Origin: Limnothrix sp. BL-A-16
Lineage (GTDB): Bacteria > Cyanobacteriota > Cyanobacteriia > CACIAM-69d
Length of the DNA stretch: 64,000 bases
Assembly: GCA_041937175.2 (NCBI GenBank)
Contig: CP166615.1
Coordinates: 4,224,001 to 4,288,000, forward strand
Direction: 5' to 3'
Shown here one piece after another: positions 33,801-44,921 of the stretch. How positions within the stretch are numbered: the stretch's first letter is position 1; the number at the start of each line of letters is the position of its first letter. The notes under the pieces were generated by a model that was not told the origin of the DNA, searched no databases, and worked only from the letters and a program-made list of their open reading frames with translations. Position numbers and translations under genes: made by a program.

Positions 33801-34134
33801 TTAAAAACAAGACATATCGAGTTAGTCCCTCAATGTACTTACATTTTTGATTCCAGAGCCTACGTCGTCCAGCTTCTGTATTCAGTTCTGCATCATCTTT
33901 TTTCAGATCCCCTACAACCCAGGCAATTTTCTCAGGAGTCAATAGCTTGATATCTGGATAGCCACCACCACCGCGATCTTCAGTAATAACCCGATCCTTG
34001 GGATAATCCAGTAACCCAGCTAAGAAATCACGAACATTTGGGTTGTATGACCGCTCTGGTCGATTCCAATCCAAAGCAAGCCATTTTTTTAAAGGGTTTT
34101 GTTGCTGTTTTGGTGATCTGATATTTTTAGACAC
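30820..34134 (-). CDS. Type IIG-like restriction-modification fusion / N6-adenine DNA methyltransferase
   Basis: N-terminal YPD...GDLKK nuclease-like motif, GEFYTP, motif I LDPSCGSGSF, motif IV GNPPY, TRD-like C-terminus. Confidence 0.85.
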   Translation of the reverse strand: MSKNIRSPKQQQNPLKKWLALDWNRPERSYNPNVRDFLAGLLDYPKDRVITEDRGGGGYPDIKLLTPEKIAWVVGDLKKDDAELNTEAGRRRLWNQKCKYIEGLTRYVLFLTARYLWIVLPTGDPVSGFEEPCNLSEITFEELKEKLKFISYEQATHGNQWATFIDGQLPYVYLKLDAPEILDRLRQDLQMSFTELSTAAEQVIATLIQQYEEFKQQEQEIQRNLVDTGDTQRRALVRLRFKFDFHRHLLEDLLPRFEDQYGRVIDKNGKKLREDELKQRIQESFVADSVAVLVARVLFLRLVEDLKLTKKRRLSNGGPKDWAAFVDQLTGDAKALVQLVAEDVGRLYHEPFERNLFDWIYETNGALDEALQRLILRFNAYDFSGLSEEILGDIYQTFLPPAKRKRLGEFYTPPSIVDWLLEQTVLQNGEGTLLDPSCGSGSFLVRYIHRCLKDAKTRGLDSDAVSQELQATVWGFDLNPFAAFISHFQLMWALVRFKPSTTPADIPKIHIYNLNSLLRESDLVPLLGAGFLAPGSAERDSKQWKYIVGNPPYIRAERVKYNDEMRGLWHQIWGQNADTGLVFLYRALTESLESGGWLGMVVSGGYANSEAAAKVWKLLYPGREAALRKIVWLEFSGKQWDANVIPMLLVIEKATAQDSDEIELYVPSIWQSSEPPVKIKYNDFFDVKVSPRVTDIDPSNPREGLWGDYLLPLLYPEDVPILKKLYPNGNGSNVVELKEAVARQLSRNNRPFWFTYGIQRGGTEVTEESTSTNSVQVVAGRSISVGWSGEPVGWVDLDTVRERPYGKLSLWADQTYASFLAVTNIALAPTATLVTGENTAAVDSLIVALPKTDLNPKVVAAYINSKLARFYYLTRLRTGVLEGSSRAHIYPRTLEALPWVRTLDPMIEQELVAGYNELARLAAIAKNNPDEWLLSEVETRIKTSRYKLSDRNLGLNFANWSTEDVYVEELTLDGNYIRAGLFSLELVDADVAELVYKLLTLNSEEETTISRAIIQKLLVPQDYAALMKDYRQQSAGFHRVESDFFAVLNRIDDTVYAMFGLTDEEKTHIENRLASFPLNKLQPRYPWQTVKPRPIRAYTSDRFA

Positions 34135-34338
34135 GGATACATAACCTCTTTACTTTTAAATGTTTCTAGAAAGGTGTCAGCAGGAGCCTTGGTTGGCACT
34201 GAATTGAAAAGTGCAGATAATTTTTAAGAAGAAACTGTTCCTTGAGGGTCAAAAGTACCTCAAAAAATCTTGAAGTCTACTCACTGATGTTGATTCACGA
34301 TCCTTGCCAGTAGCCCAAGCAGGATAACAAAGGTTGAG

Positions 34339-34365
34339 CAGCCTGAACCGCTTGGCCAGGCTGCA
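34339..34365 (-). terminator. Hairpin downstream of eno
   Basis: GCAGCCTG...CAGGCTGC inverted repeat; no clear U-tract. Confidence 0.45.
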
Positions 34366-34383
34366 CCAGTTTTCAGGAGAGGC

Positions 34384-35778
<1,395 letters not shown>

Positions 35779-36451
35779 TCAATTGCCAGAATCAGAATAA
35801 GTCTTCATGGGTCGTTTGCGCGGGTTTTGCGCGTGAGATCCCGTGAACCTGCTGGGATGCTTCTAGGCGGCTCTGGTGCTTTGATGGCAGCGAGCTTTGG
35901 GGTTTGGACTTGGGCAAATCAAGGCCGGAGCACTTGAATCCCAACCTTAAACCTCAAAAGTCGGAACTCTCAAAACTTCAGCCCCGAGGCCGGAACACTG
36001 AAACTGACCATTACCGAAACTGACCATTGTTGACCTTGGATGATTTTTTTTGCTGCATCAACCATTACGGCTTGGGCAGCCAATTGGGGTCTGAAATGGG
36101 CTTCGGTGGGACTTCCGTCAGTTAATTGAGCGGTATCGGATGATTGAGCGGTATCGGACTGATTCTGGCTCTGTCGTAACCGTAAGATCGGCCGATCGCC
36201 CCAAAACTTTAGGGATCGATCGGGAGCTGATGCTATAGATCGCCCTGATCGCCCCGATCCCCCCGATCGCCCCAGGAGCAATCTGCCCCAGGTGGATTCG
36301 CGAACGGGGGTATCGATCGGGCACGTTAGAAAGTCAGTCCGTTAGTTGGCTGAGGCGGGCTGGCTGGGGCGAATTGGCTAGGACTGATTTGCTGAGACTG
36401 GCTTCGCCAAAATCCCCTACACTGAAACTGCTACTTTGCTCGATCGCTCGA

Positions 36452-38167
36452 ATGCTGGTTAAAGCCAAGCCCCAGCCCCTAGCCCCCCGTTGGCAAAAAC
36501 CCCGATATTCCAGTTGGGAACGGCAGAAGGACGTGACGATCGCAATCGGGCGATTTGTCTCGGCCCTGTGGTGGGATCGCGTTCGCAAACAAAACAGCAG
36601 TGAGCAACGCAGTCGTCGGGCCCAGTGGTTGGCCCAAACCCTGGTGAACTTGGGGCCCGCGTTTATCAAAGTGGGACAGGCCCTGTCCACCCGCCCCGAT
36701 TTGTTGCCGGGGGAATATATCACCGCCCTCAGCCGATTGCAGGATGCCGTGCCACCCTTCAGCACGGATCTGGCGATCGCCACGATCGAAGCCGAGCTGG
36801 GCCAATCCGTTCAAGAACTCTTTGCGGAATTTGAACCGGAGCCGATCGCGGCGGCCAGTTTGGGGCAAGTCCACCGGGCCCTGTTGCCTGGGGGCGATCG
36901 GGTGGTGGTCAAAGTTCAGCGCCCGGGTCTGGAGCCGCTGTTTGATCTAGATTTCAAAGTGCTACGGCGTTTAATTCACTGGAGCGAGCTGCTCTTTCCC
37001 TGGACTCAGCAATACGATCTGGAGTCCATTTATCAAGAATTTTTTCGGATTCTCTATCAAGAAATTGACTACGTTCACGAGGCCCACAACGCCGATCACT
37101 TTCGCCAAAATTTCCAGGAATTTCAAAACGTCCGAGTTCCCAAAATCCATTGGCCCTACACCACTTCCCGCGTGTTGGTGATGGAATATTTGCCGGGAAT
37201 TAAGGTGGATGATTGCGAAGCGCTTGAATCCTGTGGCATTGACACCAAAAAACTGAATCAATTGGGTGTTTGTTGCTACTTAAAGCAGCTTTTGCAAGAT
37301 GGCTTCTTCCAAGCGGATCCCCATCCGGGCAATCTGGCAGTGACCCAAGATGGATCGCTGATCTTCTATGACTTTGGCATGTTTGTGGAAGTGAAATCCC
37401 TGGCCAAAGAACAGATGCTGCAAACCCTATTTGCGGTTCTGAAAAAAGATAGTGAATCGGTGTTGGAATCCCTAATTTCCATGGGACTGATTGAGCCGGT
37501 TTCGGATATGCGACCGGTGCGCAAATTGTTGCAATTTACCCTGGAACGGTTTGCGGAACGGCCGGTGGATGTGAATGCATTTACGGAAATGCGCCGGGAA
37601 ATTGCCACGTTGTTTGAGCAACAACCGTTCCGACTGCCGGCCCAAATGACTTACATTTTGAAGTCGATTACAACGCTGGATGGCATTGCCCGGCGACTGG
37701 ATCCGGAATATAACCTGATTGCGTTGGCCAAACCCTTTGTGAAGCAGTTTGCGGGTATTGATCCAAACCGATCGCTCGCGGAAGGCCCAGGAGCCAGCAA
37801 AACCCAAAAATGGCTGGGCCTGGCCAAGTTGGCCCTGGATACGGTGCAGGCGCAACTGAGCAAGCCGAATCCAACGGTGCTGGCAATTCAGCGACTGGAG
37901 CAACGAATTGAGCGGGGTGAGCTGGAGTTGCGGGTGCGATCGACCGAAACCGATCGGGCCCTGAAGCGTCTGAACCTGTCGATCGAATGCTTGATGTACA
38001 CCTGCTTGGCGGGCTGTTTGCTGATTAGCGGAGCGGTTTTGGTGACGGGGCCCCTGGCTCACTGGGCGGCCTTTGTGTTTGCGGGGTCGGGGGTGGCGGT
38101 GGTGTTGCTGGTGCGGGCCTTGGTGCGGCTGTCGGTGCGCAAGCGGCTCGATCGGTTCATTGAGTAG
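36452..38167 (+). CDS. ABC1/AarF/UbiB atypical kinase with C-terminal TM helices
   Basis: [38 protein letters not shown]. Confidence 0.93.
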   Translation: MLVKAKPQPLAPRWQKPRYSSWERQKDVTIAIGRFVSALWWDRVRKQNSSEQRSRRAQWLAQTLVNLGPAFIKVGQALSTRPDLLPGEYITALSRLQDAVPPFSTDLAIATIEAELGQSVQELFAEFEPEPIAAASLGQVHRALLPGGDRVVVKVQRPGLEPLFDLDFKVLRRLIHWSELLFPWTQQYDLESIYQEFFRILYQEIDYVHEAHNADHFRQNFQEFQNVRVPKIHWPYTTSRVLVMEYLPGIKVDDCEALESCGIDTKKLNQLGVCCYLKQLLQDGFFQADPHPGNLAVTQDGSLIFYDFGMFVEVKSLAKEQMLQTLFAVLKKDSESVLESLISMGLIEPVSDMRPVRKLLQFTLERFAERPVDVNAFTEMRREIATLFEQQPFRLPAQMTYILKSITTLDGIARRLDPEYNLIALAKPFVKQFAGIDPNRSLAEGPGASKTQKWLGLAKLALDTVQAQLSKPNPTVLAIQRLEQRIERGELELRVRSTETDRALKRLNLSIECLMYTCLAGCLLISGAVLVTGPLAHWAAFVFAGSGVAVVLLVRALVRLSVRKRLDRFIE

Positions 38168-38169
38168 CC

Positions 38170-38733
38170 ATGGCCGATCGAGAACGGATTCTGGGTCTTG
38201 ATCCGGGACTAGCCATTTTAGGATTTGGGGCCATTAGCGTTCCCGCCGTTGGGGATCCGGCTTTTGGGGGTGATGGTTCGTTGGGTTGGCGATCGAGCGA
38301 TCCGGCGGCTATCGACCCAGTGGCGATCGAATTGATCGACTTTGGAATTATTGCCACCCCTGCCGGCCAGCCCATTGGCGATCGGTTGGTGACCCTCCAC
38401 GACGATTTGCACGCGGTCATTGACCAAATTCAGCCCGATCGGGTGGCGATCGAAAAGCTCTTTTTTTATCGGATGGGCAACACGATCGCCGTAGCCCAAG
38501 CCCGTGGGGTGGTGTTGCTGGTGTTGGCTCAACGGCAACTTCCTTGGGTAGAATTCACACCGGCCCAAATTAAGCAAGCCCTCACCGGTTACGGCAACGC
38601 CAAGAAGCCTGAAGTACAAGCCGCTGTGGCCCGGGAGTTGGATTTGGCCACCTTGCCCAAGCCGGACGATGCGGCCGACGCTTTGGCCGTGGCGATCGCC
38701 GCTTGGGGGGCAGAGGCTGCCAATCGCGGCTAG
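38170..38733 (+). CDS. ruvC: Holliday junction resolvase RuvC
   Basis: [30 protein letters not shown]. Confidence 0.95.
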   Translation: MADRERILGLDPGLAILGFGAISVPAVGDPAFGGDGSLGWRSSDPAAIDPVAIELIDFGIIATPAGQPIGDRLVTLHDDLHAVIDQIQPDRVAIEKLFFYRMGNTIAVAQARGVVLLVLAQRQLPWVEFTPAQIKQALTGYGNAKKPEVQAAVARELDLATLPKPDDAADALAVAIAAWGAEAANRG

Positions 38734-38861
38734 GGGCCAATCGGCTCACGGGTAGAACTGTTTGGGTAGAACCAATCATGAGGGCCAGTTGGGTAGAGTC
38801 AATTGGCTAGAAACCAGTTGGTAGCAGGTTGTTAGAGTTGCGAAGTTGCGGGGCGAGATCG

Positions 38862-39452
38862 ATGTTGCGAATCAGTCAGGGGCTGGAAACACCACAACTG
38901 ATCACCTCGGGAAACGCTGCTCGCAAAAGCTGCCAAATTGATCGTGCGCTCCTGGAACCGGAACACCCCCAACATCAATATTGGATGGGTCAAGCCCTGC
39001 AATTGGCCGCCGCCGCCGGGGCCGCCGGGGATGTGCCCGTGGGGGCGATCGTCGTGGATGGACAAGGCCAGGCGATCGCGCAGGCCGAAAACCGCAAGCA
39101 ACGGGATGGCGATCCCACGGGTCATGCGGAACTTTTGGCGCTCCAACGGGCCGGGCGATCGCGCCAAAATTGGCATCTGAATGATTGCGTTCTTTACGTC
39201 ACCCTGGAGCCTTGCCCCATGTGTGCGGGGGCAATCATTAACGCTAGACTTGGGTTGCTTGTTTTTGGGGCGATCGATCCCAAAGCGGGAGCCATTTGCT
39301 CTGTGCTAAATTTGCCCGCCAGTGCCGCTTCTAATCACCGATTGCCGGTTATTGGAGGTGTCTTGGGCCAAAGCTGCCAGCAACAATTACAAGCCTGGTT
39401 TCAACGGAAGCGTCCCGATCAATTCTGCACCCAGCCTGCGGAAAATATCTGA
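38862..39452 (+). CDS. tadA: tRNA adenosine(34) deaminase
   Basis: VPVGA, HAE, TLEPCPMCAGA, NH; start uncertain. Confidence 0.92.
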   Translation: MLRISQGLETPQLITSGNAARKSCQIDRALLEPEHPQHQYWMGQALQLAAAAGAAGDVPVGAIVVDGQGQAIAQAENRKQRDGDPTGHAELLALQRAGRSRQNWHLNDCVLYVTLEPCPMCAGAIINARLGLLVFGAIDPKAGAICSVLNLPASAASNHRLPVIGGVLGQSCQQQLQAWFQRKRPDQFCTQPAENI

Positions 39453-39653
39453 ATAGTATCTTGGAGTACTTGCCAAGCGCCAATTGTTCTGGTCACAAAG
39501 AACTTTAGCCTCTTATTTTTTGTTGCTAGATCCGTCAATCTATAAACTTTTGATATGCCGGTTTTGATTTTTCAAATATTCCTAATTAAAGAGGCCTAGC
39601 TTGCATCAATTCGGGATGAATTTTCCTTCACTCATTAACTCCGAGAAACCTAA

Positions 39654-39923
39654 GAAAATGTCTGAAAAGCCAAAATTGCTACTCTGTACGCCCCAGTGAT
39701 CGACTTAAACAAGGGGCTTAGGGCCTGTCGTCAAATCGCATGAAACCTTGATTCCGCCGTTGGCAGATCGTGGGGGACAAGGGGCTTGAGCATCTTGTTA
39801 CAACGACTGGGACATGGAAAATCAATCGTTTTCGCCCGATCCTAGGAAATGACGACAGGCCCTAAGCCCCTTCCACGACTATTGGTGCTTGCTCGTGCCA
39901 AAGAATCCTTTTTAAACATCCTC
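39654..39923 (+). mobile_element. MITE 'A' copy interrupted by MITE 'B'
   Basis: Flanked by TAA/TAA (39651-53, 39924-26); removing the 142-bp insert plus TA leaves 126 bp, nearly identical to 43226-43351. Confidence 0.88.
39721..39862. mobile_element. MITE 'B' (142 bp), 13-bp perfect TIRs, TA duplication
   Basis: GGGCCTGTCGTCA...TGACGACAGGCCC flanked by TA, inserted at the centre of AAGGGGCT^TAAGCCCCTT. Confidence 0.88.
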
Positions 39924-40297
39924 TAAGGGGCTGATCTGGAATGAACAAAACTGAAAAGGGCAGAAAGCTGCTGTTGGATGATCGTAACTACTTGTGAAGA
40001 GATTAAGTGCTTTTAAGAAAACCTTATTCTGAAAATAATAAAATTATTGTTCACTGCTGAAATGGCGAAAGTTTGATGATGGCTGCCGCAAATCCCCCAA
40101 CCTGTGATCAACTATGCATAGATGATCGATCGCCAGCCATCTCCCCAACCTCTGAGGCATCGGAACTCCAATCGTTTGCAGGCCCCCACCCGATCGCTAA
40201 CAGTGCCAGACAAAACCTGAGCACCGGCCCCGACAAGCCAAAAACTACAGGCTAAAAACTAAAAGATGCCTGGAATCCTTCTTGGAATCCTTCAAGG

Positions 40298-40303
40298 TAT
40301 AAT
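40298..40303 (+). promoter_or_regulatory. Putative -10 box for the GTPase-cyclase genes
   Basis: Perfect TATAAT about 32 bp before ATG 40336. Confidence 0.45.
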
Positions 40304-40335
40304 TTGACTTCGCTGAGACTTGTGTTGGGGGCAAA

Positions 40336-40866
40336 ATGGCGACTATTTCTAAGAAAATTTGTTTAGTTGGCGATTTTAGTGTTGGTAAAACCAGTCTAAT
40401 TCGTAGGTTTGTTGATCGTCAATTTAGTGACCAATATTTGTCAACGGTTGGCGTTAAGATCTCCAAAAAACTAATTGATTCCACTAGCCTTAAGCTGCCA
40501 GAAGGCGACAAGTTTCAATTAATGGTCTGGGATATTGAAGGACGCACAGATTACAAACCGATCGATGTATCCTATCTCCGTGGCGCGAGTGGAATCATTA
40601 TTGTTTCTGACAGCAGCCGCATGGAAACGGTAGAAAACCTAGACCGTCACCTACAAATGTTTCAGCAAGTTAATCCTAAGGGATCCGTCGTGATTGCCTT
40701 TAATAAGGCAGATCTCATTGAACCATCGATGCTGACTAAGGTTATGGGGCTGCATAGCTTTGCCCATGAATCTCAAGTGGTGGCGACCTATGCCACTTCT
40801 GCCAAAACGGGTGATAATGTTGACAAGATGTTCCTAGAGCTATCGCAATCGATGCTCAACGGGTAA
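40336..40866 (+). CDS. Rab/Ras-like small GTP-binding protein
   Basis: G1 GDFSVGKT, G2 YLSTVG, G3 WDIEG, G4 NKAD, G5 SAK. Confidence 0.93.
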   Translation: MATISKKICLVGDFSVGKTSLIRRFVDRQFSDQYLSTVGVKISKKLIDSTSLKLPEGDKFQLMVWDIEGRTDYKPIDVSYLRGASGIIIVSDSSRMETVENLDRHLQMFQQVNPKGSVVIAFNKADLIEPSMLTKVMGLHSFAHESQVVATYATSAKTGDNVDKMFLELSQSMLNG

Positions 40867-40971
40867 CCGAAGGAGAGCTAAAGTCTTCAAGGTCTTCAGG
40901 GATGCAACAGTTGGCATCCAAAGTGGGTAATTTAAAGTCAACTTTGCTGTTGCTGCGACCTCTTGAGCAGA

Positions 40972-43047
40972 ATGAAATTATCCTTGCCTCAGCATATCCA
41001 ATTGATTGTTGTGAACGAAGCCTTCCAGGTGGTTTCGGTTCAGGGCGATGTGGCCCCTCTGATCGATTCAGGATTGCTGGAGATGTTGGTGGAGTCTGCG
41101 GGTGAGGGAGCGATCGCCCCGATCGAAGTCCCAACGGATGGGGCTGTGGATCACGCCCCAGGCCACTGGGCATCCACTGCCCCAGGTCTCAGCCCTGAGC
41201 AACTGGCTGCGCAATTGCTGGGACTGGAGATTTATGAACTGTTCCCAGAACTCTTTGGAATTGATGAAATTTTGGTGGAGGTGGCAGCGGGCGATCGCCC
41301 AGAATTCAACATCAAGGGCATTGGCCGTGTCACCGCCAATGGCTCCCCAATCTATTTTGATATTCATATCACGGCGCACCCCAGCCCAACTGCTGAACAC
41401 TATTTAATTTTCTTCTTAGAAGATGTAACCGATCGCATGAGCTTGGAGCAAGTGCTGGTTCAAGCGACTAATGAAAAACATCTGTTGATTCGGAATTTGG
41501 AGGAAACCAAGCAACAGATTGATCAAATTATTTCGGCCATGAGCGAAATGCTGTTTTTGGTTTCAGAAGCAGGGTTAATTCGGATGGTGAACCCGGCCAC
41601 TCGTCACCTGTTGGGTTACGAAGCTGAGGAATTAATTGGTCAGCCCATGTCGGCGATTTTAGCGCGCCGAGATACCCCATCGGCTCCAGAGTCAGGGCAT
41701 CTGTTGGCGGCGGAGGAAGGGGAAGCGGTTTGCCAAACCAAGACCGGCGCGATTTTAGTGATTGCCTTTTCCCGATCGCGCCTCACCAACACCCTAATGG
41801 GACAGTTGGGGCGTGCAGAAATGGTTCAAGATTTTCTGTATGTGGGACGCGATGTTACGGAAGAAAAACGCCGTCAACGATATCAATCGGTTCAACATTT
41901 AATTACGCGAATTATTTCTGAGTCGAATATTGCCACCCAAGCCCTGTCGGCAGTGGTTCGAGCCTTATGCCAAGAATTTGATTGGCAATTGGGAGAATTT
42001 TGGTTAATCGATCGCACGGAAGTTGGCAGCGGAAATCCATCTGCCCATTGCATCGATCACTGGCTTTCTCCCGTACTAGAAATTAGCCATGATTGGAAGC
42101 CAGTACGTTGCCTGCGCTTGAATGAAGATCACAGCTTCCTCTCGCAGGTTTGGCAAGCAACGAAGGCTAAATGGCAACAAAATCTCCCGAATCAAGCGGT
42201 TCCGGCGGGAACGTTGGAAATTCAGAACCTCAACTTCAAAACCGGGTTTGGATTTCCGATTAAAACTGGCGATCAAGTGTTGGGAATCTTGCTGTTTTTC
42301 AAGCAAGCCTCTCAACTTGTGAGTCCTGATCTGTTGAATCTGGGCGAAAGTTTGGGCAACCAGTTGGGTCAATATGTGGAACGTCGCAAGGCTGAAGAAG
42401 CTCTGCTACTCGAGCAGGAGAAATCTGAGCGCTTGCTATTAAATATCCTGCCGGAAACGATCGCCCATTGCCTGAAGCGCAATGCCAGAACGATTGCAGA
42501 ACAGTTTGCCGCTGTCACCGTTTTGTTTGCAGATATTGTCGGTTTTACGGAAATTGCTTCAAATTTGAGTGCGATCGAGCTGGTGGAATTATTAAATGAA
42601 ATTTTCTCGGAATTTGATCAGCTCACAGAAATTCATGGCCTAGAGAAAATTAAAACCATTGGCGATTCCTACATGGTGGTCGCAGGATTGCCCACCCCTC
42701 GTGCTGACCATGCTCAGGCGATCGCGAATATGGCCCTGGATATGCAGTTAGTCATGAGTCGGTTTAACGACAAACAAAAACGCGATTTTCAAATCCGTAT
42801 CGGGATCCATAGTGGTTCCGTTGTGGCAGGTGTGATTGGCCTGAAGAAATTTATTTATGATCTTTGGGGAGATACGGTCAACACCGCCTCGCGGATGGAA
42901 TCGCACGGCATTCCAGGGAGAATTCAAACCTCAGCCGCCACCTATGCTCTGCTCAAAACTTCTTACCAATTTGAGCATCGTGGCTTAGTTCACATCAAAG
43001 GTAAAGGCGATATGGATACCTATTTTCTGTTGGGCCATATGCCCTAA
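40972..43047 (+). CDS. PAS/PAS/GAF class III adenylate cyclase (soluble)
   Basis: FADIVGFT, KIKTIGDSYM, YDLWGDTVNTASRMES with the Lys/Asp ATP-specifying residues; PAS and GAF upstream; no TM segment. Confidence 0.92.
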   Translation: MKLSLPQHIQLIVVNEAFQVVSVQGDVAPLIDSGLLEMLVESAGEGAIAPIEVPTDGAVDHAPGHWASTAPGLSPEQLAAQLLGLEIYELFPELFGIDEILVEVAAGDRPEFNIKGIGRVTANGSPIYFDIHITAHPSPTAEHYLIFFLEDVTDRMSLEQVLVQATNEKHLLIRNLEETKQQIDQIISAMSEMLFLVSEAGLIRMVNPATRHLLGYEAEELIGQPMSAILARRDTPSAPESGHLLAAEEGEAVCQTKTGAILVIAFSRSRLTNTLMGQLGRAEMVQDFLYVGRDVTEEKRRQRYQSVQHLITRIISESNIATQALSAVVRALCQEFDWQLGEFWLIDRTEVGSGNPSAHCIDHWLSPVLEISHDWKPVRCLRLNEDHSFLSQVWQATKAKWQQNLPNQAVPAGTLEIQNLNFKTGFGFPIKTGDQVLGILLFFKQASQLVSPDLLNLGESLGNQLGQYVERRKAEEALLLEQEKSERLLLNILPETIAHCLKRNARTIAEQFAAVTVLFADIVGFTEIASNLSAIELVELLNEIFSEFDQLTEIHGLEKIKTIGDSYMVVAGLPTPRADHAQAIANMALDMQLVMSRFNDKQKRDFQIRIGIHSGSVVAGVIGLKKFIYDLWGDTVNTASRMESHGIPGRIQTSAATYALLKTSYQFEHRGLVHIKGKGDMDTYFLLGHMP

Positions 43048-43225
43048 ATAATGATTCGTGATGGTGATTGGTGATGGGGGATCAATTGGCCGATCGACTT
43101 GATCAACTTAGCCCTAAAAACGATGGGCGCTGATGATGCAAGCTGGTAGTGTTGGCTAGCCGCTTCCACCGAATTCCTTTACAATGCAGGGCGGCCCTCA
43201 ATTGTGATTGAATCTCCCAAAGTCA

Positions 43226-43351
43226 GAGGATGTCTGAAAAGCCAAAATTGCTACTCTGTACGCCCCAGTGATCGACTTAGACAAGATGCTCAAGCCCCTT
43301 CCACGACTATTGGTGCTTGCCCGTGCCAAAGAATACTTTTTAAACATCCTC
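43226..43351 (+). mobile_element. MITE 'A' (126 bp), IS5/IS1031-like ends
   Basis: Imperfect TIRs GAGGATGTCTGAAAAG / CTTTTTAAACATCCTC; flanks TCA/TCG. Confidence 0.85.
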
Positions 43352-43429
43352 TCGGAAAATTCCATCACCGCTACCGACGATTGCCATTAACGATTGCTTG
43401 ATTTTCAGTCCCCGATCTTTGCTGTTGTT

Positions 43430-43702
43430 ATGACCTTGCCCTCAGAAGATTCGCCCCTTTATAACCATCCTTTGCCACAAATTGAGACGTGGTTGCTATC
43501 CCAAGGTTGCACCCAAGATCGCGAAGCATTGCATTGTTGGCATATCCAAAAGGATGCTTGGCAGGCAACGTTATATCTAGAAGAAGATCGCCTGACGGTT
43601 TATTACTTGAATGCGGAGGGATCTGGAGAGTCTACCCAGCGATCATTTAAATATTCCTTGAGTCGGCGGGATATTGAAGATGCAATTTTCTCAGGGCCTT
43701 GA
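43430..43702 (+). CDS. DUF3143 family protein
   Basis: LPSEDSPLYNHPLPQIETWL...F.YSLSRRDIEDAIFSGP. Confidence 0.88.
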   Translation: MTLPSEDSPLYNHPLPQIETWLLSQGCTQDREALHCWHIQKDAWQATLYLEEDRLTVYYLNAEGSGESTQRSFKYSLSRRDIEDAIFSGP

Positions 43703-43815
43703 ATCAGAGTTTCGCGCTGGAATCTTGAACCAGAGCTTTACACTAAAGCCTTGAGTGAAACTCTTGAAAATAGCTGGCGAGCTTGAGGCTTAACCCATCA
43801 TGCTTAACCCATCAT

Positions 43816-43873
43816 TATTTGGGTGTGAACTATTTGGGTGTGAACTATTTGGGTGTGAACTTTGAGTGCGAAC
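43816..43873. repeat. 15-bp tandem repeat TATTTGGGTGTGAAC x3 plus a degenerate fourth unit
   Basis: Direct reading; lies immediately after the uppS stop. Confidence 0.9.
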
Positions 43874-43874
43874 T

Positions 43875-44633
43875 TTATTTGGTGCGCACTTTGCCGTAGC
43901 GTCGATCGCGCTTTTGATAGCTCATGAGGGCTTGATGGAAAGCGGCGCGATCGAACTCTGGCCACAGAGTTTCGGTGACGTAAAGCTCTGCGTAGGCAAT
44001 TTGCCACAATAGAAAATTGCTGACCCGCATTTCACCGCTGGTGCGAATGATCAAGTCGGGATCGGTGAGGTCGCTGGTGTAAAGGTGTTGTTCAAAGAGC
44101 TGTTCATCAATGGATTCGATCGCCAGGTCACCACTTTTGACCTGAGCGGCGATCGCCCGGCAGGCCTGCAAAATTTCTTGCCGTCCTCCGTAGTTGGTCG
44201 CTACGGTGAAATTCAGAGCGTTGTTGTGGCTTGTGAGGTCTGAAGCATGGGCAATTTCTGCCTGCAAAGAATCGGGCAGCGCGTGGATATTGCCCACAAA
44301 CCGAATGCGCACCAACTCTTCAATCAACTCTTGAAGTTCTCGCCGCAGAACTTTCTCAAAAAGCATCATCAAAAAGTCCACTTCTTCGGCGGGGCGACCC
44401 CAATTTTCCGTCGAAAAAGCGTAGACCGTGAGGGCTTGAATTCCCCAATCTTTGCAGCAACGAATTAAGTCTTTAAGGGTATCAACTCCCCGGCGATGGC
44501 CCATGATGCGTGGGAGGCCGCGCTGCTTTGCCCAGCGGCCATTGCCATCCATAATCACAGCAACATGGCGAGGCAACAGCGCTCGATCGAGATCGGCGGG
44601 CAATTCACGCGATAGGAGTTGTTTTGCGGTCAT
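43875..44633 (-). CDS. uppS: Undecaprenyl diphosphate synthase (isoprenyl transferase)
   Basis: [39 protein letters not shown]. Confidence 0.96.
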   Translation of the reverse strand: MTAKQLLSRELPADLDRALLPRHVAVIMDGNGRWAKQRGLPRIMGHRRGVDTLKDLIRCCKDWGIQALTVYAFSTENWGRPAEEVDFLMMLFEKVLRRELQELIEELVRIRFVGNIHALPDSLQAEIAHASDLTSHNNALNFTVATNYGGRQEILQACRAIAAQVKSGDLAIESIDEQLFEQHLYTSDLTDPDLIIRTSGEMRVSNFLLWQIAYAELYVTETLWPEFDRAAFHQALMSYQKRDRRYGKVRTK

Positions 44634-44921
44634 ATGAATCGACGCAAGATAAAGTCTTCACCCCCTTTGCGAATGGAGAACGCAATGGGAGGTGAATTTG
44701 AGAGCAGTTGTGCAGGAAGTCTCGTTCAGATTAGCGCGTGTCAACAAAAATTGCTGGCTTGCTTCCCATGAGCATACCCGAACGATCGCAACTCGACGCT
44801 CTCCCCAGGCGGCCCCATTGGGTACGGGCGTTGGCTGGCGAATCTAGGGGGCGGCTGGGCCGTTTGAATTGAGGGCCGGCATGGGTGGTTGAGAGGCGGA
44901 GCTTGCATCGGACACTGACAT

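Noticed and set aside
43816..43873. CRISPR-like appearance of short repeats (also 54200-54250)
   Set aside because: Units are contiguous with no spacers, too short, and no cas genes are present
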